Part shown: piece after piece, positions 62,411-64,000 of the stretch
Layout of the letters: the number at the start of each line of letters is the position of its first letter
How positions within the stretch are numbered: position 1 is the stretch's first letter
Source: Sediminibacterium sp.
GTDB taxonomy: Bacteria; Bacteroidota; Bacteroidia; Chitinophagales; Chitinophagaceae
Length of the DNA stretch: 64,000 nt
Direction: 5' to 3'
Assembly: GCA_044341385.1 (NCBI GenBank)
Contig: JBIIRW010000001.1
Location: 1,431 to 65,430 of the forward strand
The notes under the pieces: generated by a model
Told to the model about the DNA's origin: nothing
Databases searched by the model: none
The model's input: the letters and a program-made list of their open reading frames with translations, nothing else
Made by a program: the position numbers and the translations under genes

Positions 62411-63586
62411 TTGTACTGGATAGTCACTGAATTATTTTATCCTGATGAGGTTTCAACCGCACAGATATTAACGGATATCGCCATCTACAAAAGTAGGCAC
62501 AATAAAGTTAGTATTATTTGTGGACCAGCTGGATATGAATCAAGCTATGGATCACAGCTTATCGAATTGGATAGAAATATTAGTATTTACAGGGTTAATC
62601 TTCCAAAACTTAATAAAAACAACTTAGTTCAACGAATATTGAGATTATTGTTGTTAACATTAAAGCTCTCATGGGCGGTTTTGACAAAAGCAAAAAATGG
62701 TGATACTGTTTTATTTACTACGAACCCTACATTTTTAGTTTTAATACTCCCGATCATAAAAAAAATTAATGGATTTAAATTAGAAATATTGGTCCATGAT
62801 GTTTTTCCTGAAAATTTGGTGCCAGCGGGGTTGATAAATAAAGATAACTATAAATATAAATTACTTAACTGGATCTATTCGAGTGGATACAATAATTTAG
62901 ATAGAATCATTGTCCTTGGACAGGATATGAAAAATTTAATACTTGGAAAAATTGGTACATCAGCAATTAATATTGAAATAATCTCAAACTGGTCTGATGA
63001 CAATTTATTTCCTATTAAGAATTTTAATATTGGAGAATATCTGGGTATAGACGTAGAAGATAAGGTGGTTTTAACTTTTTCTGGCAATATAGGCCGAGTT
63101 CAAGGGGTACTCGAATTTATAGATGTAATAGAAAAGGCAGATAATAAGAATTTAATACTTGTAATAATTGGTGATGGGGCACTCAGGGAATTAGTAGTTA
63201 ACAAAATTCGCAATGAGAGAATTAGTAATGTTTTTTATTTGGGAGCAAAACGACGAGCGGAACAGAATTTATTTTTAAATGCATGTCACATAAGCTTAGT
63301 AACGCTTATTAATGGCATGAAAGGTTTGGGAGTTCCTTCAAAGACTTATAATTATTTAGCCGTAGGAAAGCCAATTTTATTCATTGGTGATAAGGATTCT
63401 GAAGTGGATAATTATATTAAAAAACACGATTGTGGCTGGTCTTTTTCTTGGGATGAGGAAGATAGTTTGATTAGTTTTTTAAGAGAATTGTCCATTGTTA
63501 AGAAAAATGAGTTTGAATACAAAGCCGATAGAGCGATTCATTTTTCGAAGAATTTTATAAAAGAAGATTTAATAAAGTTATTTTAA
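62411..63586 (+). CDS. Glycosyltransferase family 4 (WbuB-like)
   Basis: TELFYPD, VHDVFPEN, FSGNIGRVQG, VPSKTY; follows fnlABC. Confidence 0.85.
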   Translation: MYWIVTELFYPDEVSTAQILTDIAIYKSRHNKVSIICGPAGYESSYGSQLIELDRNISIYRVNLPKLNKNNLVQRILRLLLLTLKLSWAVLTKAKNGDTVLFTTNPTFLVLILPIIKKINGFKLEILVHDVFPENLVPAGLINKDNYKYKLLNWIYSSGYNNLDRIIVLGQDMKNLILGKIGTSAINIEIISNWSDDNLFPIKNFNIGEYLGIDVEDKVVLTFSGNIGRVQGVLEFIDVIEKADNKNLILVIIGDGALRELVVNKIRNERISNVFYLGAKRRAEQNLFLNACHISLVTLINGMKGLGVPSKTYNYLAVGKPILFIGDKDSEVDNYIKKHDCGWSFSWDEEDSLISFLRELSIVKKNEFEYKADRAIHFSKNFIKEDLIKLF

Positions 63587-63590
63587 GATC

Positions 63591-64000
63591 ATGAATTGCT
63601 TATTAACTGGATCAAATGGATTTCTTGGACGAGCGTTGAAGTCTGGACTATCTAAAAATACAGTCATTCATACATTGTCCAAGAGTATTGGAGATTATAA
63701 TGTAAATTTAGAAGTAGAGATTCCGGTTTTTAATCAACAATTTGATATCGTAATTCATGCTGCTGGAAAGGCACATTCTTTTCCAAAAAGTATAGAGGAT
63801 CGAGATGCATTCTTTAGCGTAAACGTTCAAGGCACTAGGAATTTGCTTGAAGGTCTAGAAAATTACAAACTACCGAAGTCATTTGTATTTATAAGTACCG
63901 TAGCTGTTTATGGTTTATCAGAGGGTTATTTGATAAATGAACAATCAGAATTAAAGGCGATTGATCCATATGGTAAAAGTAAGGTTCAAGCAGAACGGTT
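63591..64000 (+). CDS. NAD-dependent epimerase/dehydratase, 3'-truncated by the window edge (absent from the ORF track)
   Basis: MNCLLTGSNGFLG...IHAAGKAH...FISTVAVYG...YGKSK. Confidence 0.88.
   Translation, partial: MNCLLTGSNGFLGRALKSGLSKNTVIHTLSKSIGDYNVNLEVEIPVFNQQFDIVIHAAGKAHSFPKSIEDRDAFFSVNVQGTRNLLEGLENYKLPKSFVFISTVAVYGLSEGYLINEQSELKAIDPYGKSKVQAER

Noticed and set aside
1237-63087. Many short antisense or nested ORFs in the track
   Set aside because: They overlap well-supported genes and have no motifs; treated as shadow ORFs.
1-64000. CRISPR array, tRNA/rRNA, transposase, integrase, or upxY/nusG gene
   Set aside because: None recognised; the three leader copies are kilobases apart and are not an array.

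Overview
AT-rich bacterial DNA, most likely Bacteroidota (inferred from the TonB-dependent receptor, TAnnTTTG-type promoter boxes, SLBB-type Wza and Wzi-like genes). The first ~6.2 kb hold the end of an alkaline-phosphatase-superfamily gene, a small His/Cys-containing ORF ending in RGPP in front of a TonB-dependent receptor, a YceI / beta-barrel / OB-fold trio and a PIN-type toxin-antitoxin pair. The remaining ~57 kb are two adjacent Wzx/Wzy-dependent polysaccharide clusters. Cluster 1 (6767-27768) has a lipoprotein, wzx, three Wzi-like genes, glycosyltransferases, wcaJ, wza and wzz. Cluster 2 (28433 to beyond the window end) has wza, wzz, capD, a wHTH-nucleotidyltransferase gene, ugd, gmd-fcl, a mosaic middle with decayed genes, wbuXYZ and fnlABC. 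Most notable: (1) a ~43-nt leader element (hairpin + TGTGACT[AC]AG-N4-GCGAAGC) recurs before three transcription units, while no NusG/UpxY paralogue is in the window; (2) a probable RGPP arrest-peptide uORF controlling the receptor; (3) a G9 tract in fnlA adding an extra Gly, a candidate phase switch; (4) a second fnlB whose reductase half is intact while its cupin half has decayed; (5) an orphan wHTH-NTase with a degenerate active site inside a repeat-bounded 700-bp unit. All calls come from reading motifs by eye; no searches or computations were run.
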